Of a stretch of 64,000 bases of DNA, positions 23,860 to 36,283 are shown piece by piece. Source of the stretch: Octopus vulgaris. Taxonomy: Eukaryota. The DNA is taken from the NCBI GenBank assembly GCA_951406725.2, contig OX597835.1, positions 41,478,001-41,542,000 on the forward strand. Direction: 5' to 3'. The first letter of the stretch is position 1, and every line of letters begins with the position of its first letter. Below the pieces are notes generated by a model. The model saw nothing but the letters and a program-made list of their open reading frames with translations, was not told the DNA's origin and searched no databases. The position numbers and the translations under genes were made by a program.

Positions 23860-24154
23860 TTGTTGTTTGTTCCTTCTCGAGCCATGCCTGGCTCATAGGG
23901 CCAGTTTCCCAGTTTCCTTGGCATGTAGGTCCCCCACCTTGACGGGACGCCGGTCTGTCGCAGGTGAGCTGCAAGATGCAGGAGGAAAGAGTGAGAGAAA
24001 GTTGTGGCGAAAGAGTCAGCAGAAGTTCGCCATTACCTTCTGCCGGAGCTTAGGTGTTTCGTTCATAAACACGCACATCGCCTGGTCTGAGATTCGAACC
24101 CTCGATTCCTCGACCGCGAGTCCGCTGCTCTAACCACTAGGCCATGTGCCTCCA
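23860..24154 (-). mobile_element. tRNA-derived SINE, family E (gtggaggcacatggcctagtggttagagcagcggactc...ggttcgaatctc)
   Basis: A-box TGGCCTAGTGG and B-box GGTTCGAATC. Copies at 27575-27872(-), 51900-52192(-) and 48241-48370(+). Confidence 0.75.
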
Positions 24155-24449
24155 CAAAATAAATGCACCCTTTTAAAGCCTAGCCAGGCTCATGGGCCCA
24201 GTCTCCCGGGCGTATGTGTTCCCCAGCTGGATGGGACGCCAGTCCATCGCAGCGTTACTCATTTTTGCCAGCTGAGTGGACTGGATCAATGTGAAATGAA
24301 GTGTTTTGCTCAAGAACACAACGTGTCGCCCGGTCCAGGAATCAAAACCACAACCTTACGATCATGAGTTCAACACCCTAACCACTAAGCCACGTGCCTC
24401 CACTACGAATGTGATGTGTGTGTGTGGGGGGGAGGCATACACTTGCAGT

Positions 24450-24650
24450 TAACCCTTCAGTATTCTGATTACTCTGTCAAATGTAATGCTTATCATGCAT
24501 TTTCTCAGATTCAAGATTTAAATGATGCGATTGTTTATTTATAGAATGGCACTGTAGGGTAGGTGCAAGAGACCTGATCTGGTCAGCTTAAACATAAAAC
24601 AGGTAGAATATTTGGGCTTGATATGGCTGATTTAACTACTAAAGGGTTAA
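24450..24650. mobile_element. piggyBac-type MITE (TTAA-CCCTT...AAGGG-TTAA)
   Basis: Termini TTAACCCTTCAG / CTAAAGGGTTAA. Related copies at ~10505-10750, 17460-17693, 57117-57725 (with a SINE inserted), 61058-61252 and 61347-61895. Confidence 0.65.
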
Positions 24651-24705
24651 AATATGTATGCATGAATTAAAATTGTCTACATAGCTGTGTGTGTTTATGT
24701 GTATA

Positions 24706-24741
<36 letters not shown>

Positions 24742-24968
24742 GTGAGAATTTACAAAAAAGACAAAAGATGAAGACAGGTGTGTAAACAACAAACAGATAT
24801 ATTAGTTTAACGCTCGGGAAGTGAGAAAGTCTTTTACATGTCAACCCTACACTCTTCAACAGAAAGAAACACAGAAATATACAGGGAGAGAAAATAGAAA
24901 AAGGTTTAGTGGCTAGCGATCTATCATGGCCATATATATGTATGTATATGTGTGTGTGTGTGTGTATA

Positions 24969-25024
<56 letters not shown>

Positions 25025-25176
25025 TAGAAAAAAAAACACCTTTTATATATATATTATATTGTGTGAAATTTGATTTAGTATTTCTAAATTGAATTTTTTA
25101 CCTTGTAAGCTTTGGATTTTATTCCCTCAAATAATAATTATTATATATATATACACACATACACACACGCATTCAT

Positions 25177-25215
<39 letters not shown>

Positions 25216-25249
25216 CCAAAAGGATTGTTGGAGGTACAAGGCATGATAC

Positions 25250-25332
25250 ATAAATCTGGTGAATTATTGTTTCTACAACATAAATCTATCATGAGCTCAT
25301 ATTTAAATCCTTTAAAAAGTATTAAAATTATA

Positions 25333-25386
<54 letters not shown>

Positions 25387-25510
25387 TTAAATTATGAATA
25401 CATATAATATATAAATGATGATGATTATAAAATCTGGTGAATTATTGTTTCTACAACATAAATCTATCATGAGCTCATATTTAAATCCTTTAAAAAGTAT
25501 TAAAATTATA

Positions 25511-25574
<64 letters not shown>

Positions 25575-25616
25575 TTAAATTATGAATACATATAATATAT
25601 AAATGATGATGATTAT
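25250..25616. repeat. Tandem duplication of a ~180-bp TA-containing unit
   Basis: ATAAATCTGGTGAATTATTG...GATGATGATTATA occurs twice in tandem, differing mainly in TA tract length. Confidence 0.85.
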
Positions 25617-26261
25617 ATATATATATATATATATATATACAGATACACAAGCATATTTTCTTTCATTAGTACCAGTCTTTGGACAATGGCCAAGCTGGGG
25701 CACTGAGATAACGGATTTCACTTGACTATATAACCACCCCACCACAACACTCATCCCATTTCACTCGGTTTTTTGGGGGGGGTTTGTTGTGTTTTCAGTG
25801 TGTGCGAAGGGAGGCAACTCAATGCACTATTTCACGCGAGCCTACAGAAAAAAAAACACAAACAAACATATACAAAAGAATAAAATAGAAATATAATTAT
25901 GAACTCATTGTATTGTGCTCGTGTGTACTTCAACTCACGAGAAAAAGTAGCCGAAAGTACATGAAGAGTACACAGAATAATGTACAGGATTCTTTTACTT
26001 GTTTTGGTCATTTGATTGTGGCCATGCTGGAGCATCGCCTTGAAGTGTTTTTGTAAGCCTAGATCTTATTCTATTGGTCACTTTGCTGAACTGCTAGGTT
26101 ACAGGGATGTAAACACACCAACGCCGATTGTCAAGTGACGATGAGGAGCAAACACAGACACAAATGACACACACATATAGATACATACATACATACATAT
26201 ATATATATAAATGAAAAAATATATTACAGTTCTATATTTAAGAGATGAGGAATTACATACA

Positions 26262-26405
26262 TTATTTACATTTGACTGATATTTATTCTCATCTTGTTTG
26301 TTGTTAATACAACGTTTCAACTGATATAACCTCCAGCCTTCATCAGGTGTCTTGGGGAAATTTTGAACCTGGGTTCTCATTCCTAAGGTACTTTTTCGAA
26401 GTTGC

Positions 26406-26440
<35 letters not shown>

Positions 26441-26554
26441 TCACTGCCTTAACCACTCCACCATATGCTCGGGCATATGGCATGGGCTACTAACCCCAAG
26501 ATTTCGAGTTCGATTCCAGGCAGTGACCTGAATAATAATAATAACAATAATAAT

Positions 26555-26601
<47 letters not shown>

Positions 26602-26751
26602 CAACAACATCGAAAAAATACTTTAGGAATGAGAACCCAGATTCAAAATTTCCCAAAGACACCTGATGAAGGCTGGAGGGTATATCAGCCGAAACGTTGT
26701 GTTAACAACAAACAAGATGAGGACAAATATCCATCGAATGTAAATAATGTA
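26262..26751. mobile_element. Head-to-head pair of a tRNA-headed, (AAT)n-containing, hammerhead-bearing short retroelement
   Basis: Inverted arms ~26268-26448 and ~26520-26750. A-box TGGTGGAGTGG (minus, 26451-26463) and B-box GAGTTCGATTCC (26506-26517). Hammerhead motifs at 26658-26703(+) and 26306-26351(-). Confidence 0.65.
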
Positions 26752-28318
26752 TTGTGGATACACAAAAGACAACTAAAAAACATATGATGTATATTGAGTG
26801 CACAAACGTATGGAAGGCAGACACAGGAGGTCCCTAATTCTTTATCAGTTATCAACCACATGGTATTATTCAGTTTTGCACCATTAATGGTAAGACTGAG
26901 ATGCTTCCCACACTGGCGGTGCCAGCAAAATTTGTGTAGGCATAGGAGTGGCTGTGTGGTAAATAGCTTGCTTATGAACCACATGGTTCCAGGTTCAGTC
27001 CCACTGCATGGCACCTTGGGCAAGTGTCTTGTACTATAGCCTCGGGCCGACCAAACCCTTGTGAGTGGATTTCGTAGACAGAAACTGAAAGTATATGTAT
27101 GTGTGTGTATATGTTTGTCCCCCCAACATCGCTTGACAACCAATGCTGGTGTGTTTATGTGCCCGTAACTTAGCGGTTCGGCAAAAGAGACCGATAGAAT
27201 AAGTACTAGTCTTACAAAGGATAAGTCCTGGGGTCAATTTGCTTGACTAAATATATAACATATATTGAGTGCACAAGGGGATGGAAGACAGACACAGAAG
27301 ATCCCTAATTCTTCATCAGTTATCAACCAGAAGGTTTTACTCACTTTCACACCTTTAATGGTAAGATATATGATGAGCTTCTGTCAACAAAACCCACTTA
27401 CAAGGCTTATGTCAGTTCAGAGTTATAGTAGAAGACACTTGTCCAAGTGTAATGCAGTGGGACTGAACCCAGAACCATGGAGTTGGGAAGCAAACTTCTT
27501 ACCACACAGCCATGCCTCCTATGCCTATATTTGAGATATTTAACAAAAAAAAAGGGGGCAGGTGGGGCATCAGGTGTTGTTGTTTGTTCCTTCTTGAGTC
27601 ACGCCTGGCTCATAAGGGCCAGTTTCCCGGTTTCCTTGGCGTATAGGTTCCCCACCTGGACGGGATGGCAGTCCGTCGCAGGTGAGCTGCAAGATGCAAG
27701 AGGAAAGAGTGAAAGAAAGTTGTGGCGAAAGAGTCAGCAGAAGTTCGCCATTACCTTCTGCCGGAGCTTAGGTGTTTCGCTCATAAACACACACATCGCC
27801 CGGTCTGAGATTCGAACCCGCGATCCCTCGACTGCGAGTCCGCTGCTCTAACCACTAGGCCATGAGCCTCCACGGCATCAGGTGTAGTGTTGTTGAATTT
27901 CAGGAGGCCTGGAAGTTTTGAAGGACATCGTGTCTCCACTGCTAACAACTGATGCAGGTAGTTTATTCCCTGCTTCAGCAACTCTGAGAGTGGAAAGCGT
28001 TTTTGAAAGTCATGGGTGCTGTGTTAGCATCCCTCTTTCATATTTCACCCACAGGGTATATTGGTTAATTGACGGTTACAATAAAAGACACTTGGCCAGT
28101 GTATATTGCATGGGAGGATTGAACCGGAAATTTTGTTGTTGTGGAGTGAACTTCTCAGTCACATGTCTAGACCTGCACCCGTATGACAATGGAATGAGAA
28201 ACATTTTAAGAGGATTTGAAGCAGCAAAAACAATGAACTGTAATCTCTGTTGCTTCACTTTAGGCAGACATGATAATGCATGCAGGCAAACAGTTGCAAT
28301 GGAAATAGTCTGAGTGCA

Positions 28319-28640
28319 GGAAGAAGAAGAAGAAGAAGAAGAAGAAGAAGAAGAAGAAGAAGAAGAAAGAGAGGAGGAGGAAGAGGCGGATGAGGTAGAA
28401 GAGGAAGAGGATGAGGTGGGGGAGAAGAAGAGGAGGAGGAGGAAGAAGAAGAAGAGGAGGAGGTGGTGGAGGAGGAGGAAGAAGAAGAGGAGGAGGAGGT
28501 GGTGGAGGAGGAGGAAGAAGAGGAGGAGAGGAAGAAGTAGAGGAAGAAGAAGAAAAAGAAGAAGAAGAAGAAGTGAAAAGAAGAAGAGGAGGAGGGAAAT
28601 GTAAAGGAAAATAAAAAAGGCAGAAGAAAAGAAGCAAGGA
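28319..28640. repeat. Polypurine (GAA/GAG)n low-complexity tract
   Basis: Direct inspection; source of the spurious poly-E/R/G/S ORFs. Confidence 0.9.
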
Positions 28641-29705
28641 AAACGACCCGCTGCCTGCAGAAAAAGTAAGAGTTGTGTTCTGACAGAATTTAGTCCCTCC
28701 CCCCCAACTGCCATTTTATATCTTCTGTCCATGCTGTCATGATCCAACAAGTGGGAGGATTGGGTAATGTCCAAGTGTCCGAGCTGGCATGGTTTCTACA
28801 GCTGGATGCTCTTCCTAACGCCAATCACACCACAGAGTGTACTACACACTCTTTTTTTTTCATGGCATCCAAACTAGTGAAGTGTTCATGCAATCCACAA
28901 CACTAAACGGCCCCACCTTGACTGACTGGGGTTGGCTTTAAGCTAGGTGTTGAGGTTAAAGTCTGATAACAGGAACAGGTTTGTTGTAGAGGAGATGCAT
29001 GGCTACCCCACATTATATAAGGGTGAGTGAGAGAAAATGGAGGTGGAGCCAGAGAGATAGATAATAGTGAAAAAGTTATCTGAACAAACCCTTAATGAAT
29101 CTGAGTAGGCGTAGGAGTGGCTGTGTGGTAAGTAGCTTGCTTACGAACCACATGGTTCCTGGTTCAGTCCCACTGCGTGGCATCTTGGGCAAGTGTCTTC
29201 TACTATAGCCTCGGGCTGACCAAAGCCTTGTGAATGGATTTGGTAGACGGAAACTGAAAGAAGCCCGTCGCATGTATGTATGTATGTGTGTGTATATGTT
29301 TATGTGTCTGTGTTTGTCCCCTCAACATCGCTTGACAACCAGTGCTGGTGTGTTTATGTCCCCGTAATTTAGCGGTTCGGCAAAAAGAGACCGATAGAAT
29401 AAGTACTAAGCTTACAAAGAATAAGTCCTGGGGTCGATTTGCTCGACTAAAGGTGGTGCTCCAGCATGGCCACAGTCAAATGACTGAAACAAGAGTCAGA
29501 GAGTCCAAGAAGGTAAAGAGAAGAGAGTGGGTGAAGACAGGAGAGCAGAAAGAGTGGGTGGGGTGGGTAAAGTACATAAGAGGGAAGGATGAGGGTGAGA
29601 GACGGATAAAGAAGAACGGTTGATAGCAAACATAAAGGAGGGATTTCAACTGAGGAGACTCTGGGAAGAGGAAGTGATGACTGGCAGTGCAGAAATATGT
29701 AGACA

Positions 29706-30071
29706 TCTCTCTATATATAAACGGCAAAATGTCTGTGTGTGTGTGTCCTTTATACAAATCCACAATTTTTCAGTTAGAGGGCTCGCACTTTCTATGGTCA
29801 TTCAAAACAGTCCAAGGGTGGTCGTGCACATCTTTACATTTCCCCACTCACCTAGCAAAGCCATTAAAAAATCAATAGAAGTGACATTTTTGTGAATTTT
29901 CTATCCAAAACCCAATCAAAATGCCCGAAACTTGATATGCCAATTGAATGCCAGCTACCTGTATGTGATTGGTCGGAGATTTGGACAGTACCTGCATGTA
30001 TGTGGGCACGCACGCAGCTGTATATGCATGCACTAGCACTATGACCTGGCGTTGCCGGGTCATAGTGCTAG
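29706..30071 (+). mobile_element. Non-autonomous Helitron
   Basis: Begins A|TC(TC)TATATATAAA and ends with a 19-bp hairpin (30032-30072) terminating in CTAG|T. Confidence 0.75.
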
Positions 30072-30319
30072 TATAGGAATAAGCTGGATAGCAGAGAGAG
30101 TGTAAAATGTTTAGTCTACCATCATCATTACTTGTCTGAGTTTACAGTAGGGTCCTTAGCTAGGAAAAGATATAGGGTGACTGGAAACCCAAATCTAGGT
30201 TGCACCAAAGTATTCAGCTGATTACCTGCATATCTTAGGTGCGTTCGATCAGGGCTGACCAAGGATTACACAACGTTCACAAAAGAATGACATTACATTG
30301 ATCAGTTCTGTTTCTTGAA

Positions 30320-31165
30320 CCCCTTAATGGATCAATTATTTTGACATGGCATTTCATTTCAGAGCATATTTTTTTATTCCCCTTTTTAATTATATACAAT
30401 GTGTTAATTGCAAAAAAAATAATTTTATCTCGTTTCCTTTATTTTTTTATTATAGAAATTAAGATATACTTTTACTCATTTGGATTTAAACGAGTTAACT
30501 CAGACACTGAAAAAATACATATAACTTAACTATCTTCGAATTTTTATAAGATGTATTGCTTTTAAATCAAAGGAAAATTTTTTAAAAATGAGATAGTTTG
30601 TTTCGAATGATAATTTTTAAAACGAGTTACACACAAAGGTATCTTGCAGACTTCACACATGTATCTGCTTTCTCTTTGAAATCTTCTTTCCTTTAGCATC
30701 TCTCTTCTCTGCGCATTTTGCACACTGTCTTGTAGGGTTCTTTTTCTTATCACTTGGTGGCATTTCCATGGGAAAGTGACCAGCTGGGGCAAATCTTGTT
30801 GGATGTGGGATCGATGATGGTCTTCCTGGTTTCGTGGGAGGCAATAAGGGCCTATATTTTTCAATAATCTTGGTGATTATTTGCATTCTAAATATCAGCA
30901 GTTTCACAGGAGAAGGTGAAGTTTCCGAAGATGCTTTATACAAAACATAAGCATTCCAGATAACCAAATCCATCAAATGAAAAAATACTTATGTTTTTTA
31001 AACAACACGAGTAAATTCGTGATTGCTCAAAAATGAAATGACACAAAACAAATAAACTCGTTTGAGTGCCAAAATTAAAAGTTAATTTTGACCGAGTATA
31101 CTTGTCTGGTTCTAAAAAGATACATTTGCGATGCACGAATAAACTCGGGATCATCCATTAAGGGG
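30320..31165 (-). mobile_element. Internally deleted piggyBac transposon (PGBD4-like C-terminus with Cys-rich domain)
   Basis: 13-bp TIR CCCCTTAATGGAT / ATCCATTAAGGGG flanked by TGAA/TTAA. Relic reads DLVIWNAYVLY...RQCAKC...(frameshift)SRYMCEVCKIPLCV..F..YH. Confidence 0.85.
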
Positions 31166-31227
31166 TTAATGCTCTTTGCCTAGAGATGTGATATAGTGGA
31201 CCATTCCAAATCCATGACAAAGTGAGT

Positions 31228-32520
31228 TCTGTTGTCCATGCTGGCATGGGTTGGATGGTTTGACCAGGGCTGGCAAGCTGGAAGGCTGCACCAGGCTCCA
31301 GTCTGTTTTGGCATGGTTTCTATGGCTGGATGCCCTTCCTAATGCCAACCACTCCAAGAGTGTAATGGGTGCTTTTATGTGCCACCAGCACAGGTGCCAT
31401 TTGCATGACACCACTATATGCCATGACAGCAATTTTACTTGGCTTGATGGGTCTTCTTCTCAAGCAAGACATAAAGCCAAAGGTCTTGGTCATTGCCTCC
31501 GTGAGATCCAACACTTGAAAGGAGCTTTTCACATAGCACCAGCATCAGTCACTTTGCCTCCGTGAGGCCAAACACTTAAAAGGTACTTTTTACATGCTAC
31601 CGGCATGGGATCCAGTTATGTGACACCCACATGATTTCACTTGGCTTGATGGCTCTTCTCAAGCACAGCATATCTTCAAAGGTCTCATTCAGTAGTCACT
31701 GCCTCTGTGAGGTCCAAAGTTCGAAGATCATGCTTCACTATGTCGTCCCATGTCTTCCTGGGTCAACTTCTACCACAGGTTTCCTCCACAGTTAGAGATT
31801 GGTACTTTTACACATAGCTGTCCTCATCCAGATGTATCACAACCATACCAGTGTAGTCGTCGCTCTTGCACACATCTGATGCCTCTTATGCCCAACTTTT
31901 CTCTCAAGATGCTTATACTCTGTTGAACATGCACATCCAGTGAAACATACTGACTTCTTTTCTTTCAAGCCTACGCATCTCCTCAGCTGTCACAGCCCAT
32001 GTTTCACTGCTGTTAACACACAGGCATCATACAATTTGCCTTTCACTCTGAGGGAGAGGCCCTTTGTTGCCAGCAGAGGTAGGAGCTCGCTGAACTTTGC
32101 CCAGCCTTTTCTTACTCTTACAGCTATGCTCTTGGAGTATCCAAATCTACTAGTAACTTGGTCACCTGGATAATGGAAGCTATTTACTACCTCTAGCTTA
32201 CCCTGCTGGTAGTTGACAGAGTCTATTTTCAGTACATTTTTGATGTTTATTGCACCTTTGCATCTTTCACACACAAAAGGTATTTTCCCCATTAACCTTC
32301 CTCTGATATTGCTGTACATCTTATGTGTCCAAAGCTTACACTGGGTACATCTTATGGAATTTCAACCTATGCCTTTTCTACCTGAAGGGATTTGTGATTT
32401 GCCTGCCTTCCTACTTACCAAGACTTTAGTTTTTGCTAGGTTATCTCTAAGGTCCTTCGATTCTAGACCTTGCTTCCATACCTGGAACTTCGTCTCTAGT
32501 TCTGGTAATGTTTTAGGTTC
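31228..32520 (-). mobile_element. Degenerate RTE-clade LINE 3' part
   Basis: LPELETKFQVWKQGLESKDLRDNLAKTKVL...CTQCKLWTH...FVCERC...FHYPGDQV...RKGWAKFSELLPLLATKGLSLRVKGKLYDACV, followed by the same 3' tail as the 11.9-kb element. Confidence 0.8.
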
Positions 32521-35500
32521 AATTTGTTGGAAGTCAGGCCATAAAACTAAATTTTCATGTTTAAGCTGCTTCAATTAATGTGCATGTTGCAAATTGTTCT
32601 CTTGTGGCACTGTTTGATCAATCAAAGATGCCTAAACTAACAGTGCTATGGGAGAAAAGGTTGATGGATTGGAGAGAAAATTCTTCAGATCAGATTCAAC
32701 TGTCTTCTCTGCTTTCACCATTTAAAATTTGCCTTCTCAGTGAAACAGAGTTTAGTGGTTAGGGTGTTGCACTCATTCATGATTGTAAGATTATGGTTTT
32801 GATTCCTGAACATCGTTTAACATCCGCTTTCCATGCTAGCATGGGTTGGACGATTTGACTGAGGTCTGGCGAACCAGGCTCCAATCTGATCTGGCAGAGT
32901 TTCTACAGCTGCACGCTCTTCCTAACGCCAACCACTCCAAGAGTGTAGTGGATGCTTTTATGTGCCACTGGCACGAGGGCCAGTCAGGTGGTACTGGCAG
33001 CAGCCATGCTCAAATGGTGCTTTTTATGTGCCACCAGCACTGTGAAAATCAAATATCTCCACTCAAAATCTCATTTAGCTGCATAAAGTAGTTTTTATAT
33101 ATGAATCTATCTTTTCTTGAGGAAAGTCATGCTTGGAACTATTTTTTGTTCAGATATGTCAAGTTTACTGAGGAGTGTCTTGCAGAAAATGCCAATTCTA
33201 TTGTTTGGTAGATAGTTAACCTCAATACTAGAATAACCAAGAAATTTAATTTCACAGTCATTGAATTAATAGTGACGCTGTTGTTAAAGCTTAGCTCCAA
33301 CCATGGCAACCCATATAATCAGAAAATGTATTTAGGACTGCTTTATTCAGTATGTTGTTTTTAAGATGGTAAGTTATGGGTTGAGGAGAAAGCGTAGCCT
33401 GTGTTGTGTCTGTATGGAAAGATTGTTGCTCATTTGCTATTCATTGGAAAGTGAAAGACACTGGAATACAATGATTACTTAATGTACTTTATATAAACAC
33501 TTTATATATTTTATTCACAATTTTATAGACTTAATACACAGCACTCATAACATAAATATTCACTCTTGTTTTTCCATTTCCCCCATAAACAAAAAAAATA
33601 TCTCCCCATTGCGTAGCACCTTGGGCAAGTGTCTTCTACTATAGTGTCAGGCTGACCAAAGCCTTGTGAGTGGATTTGGTAGACGGAAACTGAAAGAAGC
33701 CCATCATGTGTGTGTATATATATATATATATATATGTATATGTTTGTCCCCCCCCCCACCATCGCATGACAACTGATGATGGTGTGCTTATGTCCCTGTA
33801 ACTTAGTGGTTCGGCAAAAGAGACTGATAGAATAAGTACTAGGCTTACAAAGAATAAGTCCAGGGGTTAATTTGTTTGACTAAAGGTGGTGTCCCAGCAT
33901 GGCTGCCGTCAAATGAATGAAACAATAAAAGAATACATATGATACAACCTTTAGTTAAATTGCATATCTCCCACATAGATAAGCATGAATATATCACGGA
34001 ATTCCATTTATGCACTTGCGTTAAGTAATAGAGGATATAAAAAACTTAACTCAATTTAAAAAGAAAATACACCTTTCACTATCCAATCACCACTGCTACC
34101 TCCAGCACCACCATCATCATCATCATCTCTCTGTGCCTTTCTTTAACCTCACCATCAGAACATCACCCCTCTGCTAAAATTATATTTTAAACTCTTCTCC
34201 TCTATGCCATGACTACCTTCGACTAACTTTTTTAACCATGTAATAAATATCAAGTCCCTCCTACCTCACATCATGGACGATTCTCTCTCCCTCTTTGCCT
34301 TATTCTCTTTCTCTTTCCCTTCGACTAATCCCACAAAAGTGTTACAATTACACTCCGTCTACCTCATGTCATGGACACATCTCTCTCCCTCTTTTCCTCT
34401 TATCGCATGAAAGCATTATTGATGGACTAAGTGATGGAATAACAAGCAGAATTATTATAAGATATTTTGGGGCAATTAGCAGGCAATAGATTCATTTATT
34501 CAATAATTGGCTTCTAATGAGCCAATTACTGGTTTATTGAATTTATGATGTCAAGTGCTACTCATCACATGTAACCCGATACAACCTGTTGCATGGTCAG
34601 GTGATCAGCAACTAAACTGGTTACCCAAGTACATTTGCTGGGTGAGGAGGGGGATTTATTGGACATCCTTCATCTTACCTGTTGTTATACCCCCCCTCTC
34701 TCTATAGATATATATTTTTAGAACTCATCATCATCATCATCGTTTAACGTCCGTTTTCCATGCTAGCATGGGTTGGACGATTTTGACTGAGGGCTGATGA
34801 ACCAGATGGTTGCACCAGGCTCCAATCTTGATCTGGTAGTGTTTCTACAGCTGGATGCCCTTCCTAACGCCAACCACTCCATGAGTGTAGTGGGTGCTTT
34901 TGTACGTGCCACTGGAATGGGGCCAGTCAGGTGATACTGGCAACGACCTCGCTCGAATCTTTTTACACATGCCACCAGCACAGGTGCCAGTAGGGTGACG
35001 TTGGTAATGATCACGCTCGAATGGTGCCCTTTTATGTGTCACTGGCATGGAAGCCAGTTGGCTTCTCTGGCAATGATCACGCTTGGATGGTGCTCTTGGC
35101 ACCCTACTAGCATGGGCACAAGTGCCAGAAGGGCGACGCTGGTAATGATCACACTCGAATGGTGCCCTTTAAGTGCCACTGGCATGGAAGCCGGTTAGCT
35201 GCTCTGTCAATATCATGCTTGTATGGTGCTCTTGGCACCCTGCCCACGGACGCCAGTCATCGAATTTGATTTTGATAACTCTTAAAACAAACTTATTTTA
35301 ATGACTTTCAATTCCTCATTAGGGTTTCTCTCCACTGTCAATAGATTTTCTAACTTTAATCTTTAATTTTTAATTCTTAAATTTTAATAAGGCCTTTTTT
35401 TTAAATGCTATATCACTCCACATATCGAATTTTTTATTTTATATTCTTATTTCACAGATTATTTCTCTTCTTAAATAATACCTTAATACATTCTTAGTCT

Positions 35501-36243
35501 TAATGTATCTGCTGTATTAATGGCTCAGTGGTTAGAGCGTCGAGCTTACGATCGTGAGGTTGTGAGCTCAAATCCCGGACCGGGCTGCGTGTTGTGTTCT
35601 TGAGCAAGGCACTTTATTTCACGTTGCTCCAGTTCACTCAGCTGTAGAAATGAGTTGCGATGTCACTGGTGCCAAGCTGTATCAGCCTTTGCCCTTCCTT
35701 TGGATAACATCTGTGGCATGGAGAGGGGAGGCTGGTATGCATGGGCGACTGCTGGTCTTCCATAAACAACCTTGCCCGGACTTGTATCTAGGAAGGTAAC
35801 TTTCTAGGTGTAATCCCATGGTCAGTCATGACCGAAGGGGGTCTTTAAATACATGAGGATTATCTAAGTTCTGTTTCTTCTGTATATCATGTCATTTACT
35901 ATATATATATAGTGAAGGCGCATGGCTTAGTGGTTAGGGAATTTGGTTCACAATTGTAAGGTCGTGAGTTCGATTCCCATCGACGTATTGTGTCCTTGAG
36001 CAAGAGACTTTATTTCATGCTGCTCCAGTCCACTCAGCTGGCAAAAATGAGTTGTAACTGTATTACAAAGGGCCGGCCTTGACACGCTCTGTGTCACACT
36101 GAGTCTCCCTGAGAACTACGTTAAGAGCACGCCTGATTGTGGATTGCTCAGTCACTTGCACGTTAATTTCACGAGCAAGCTGTTCCGTTGATCGGATCAG
36201 CTGGGACCCTCGTCGTCGTAACCAACGGAGTGCTCCCTTTTTA

Positions 36244-36283
<40 letters not shown>

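Noticed and set aside
23860-24154. SINE heads as genuine tRNA genes
   Set aside because: A/B boxes are present, but the heads run into conserved SINE bodies and do not form a complete cloverleaf acceptor stem.
24825-24870. Hammerhead-like remnant on minus (CTTT-CTGTTGA-AGAG...GACATGTA-AAAG)
   Set aside because: The core (CUGANGA, GAAA) and stem II are mutated; too degenerate to call.
25250-25616. 180-bp tandem duplication as a functional element
   Set aside because: It is bounded by TA tracts and has no internal motif; slippage or an assembly artefact is the simpler explanation.
28076-28774. Poly-E/R/G/L/S ORFs
   Set aside because: They come from a low-complexity GAA/GAG tract, with no exon boundaries or recognisable domain.
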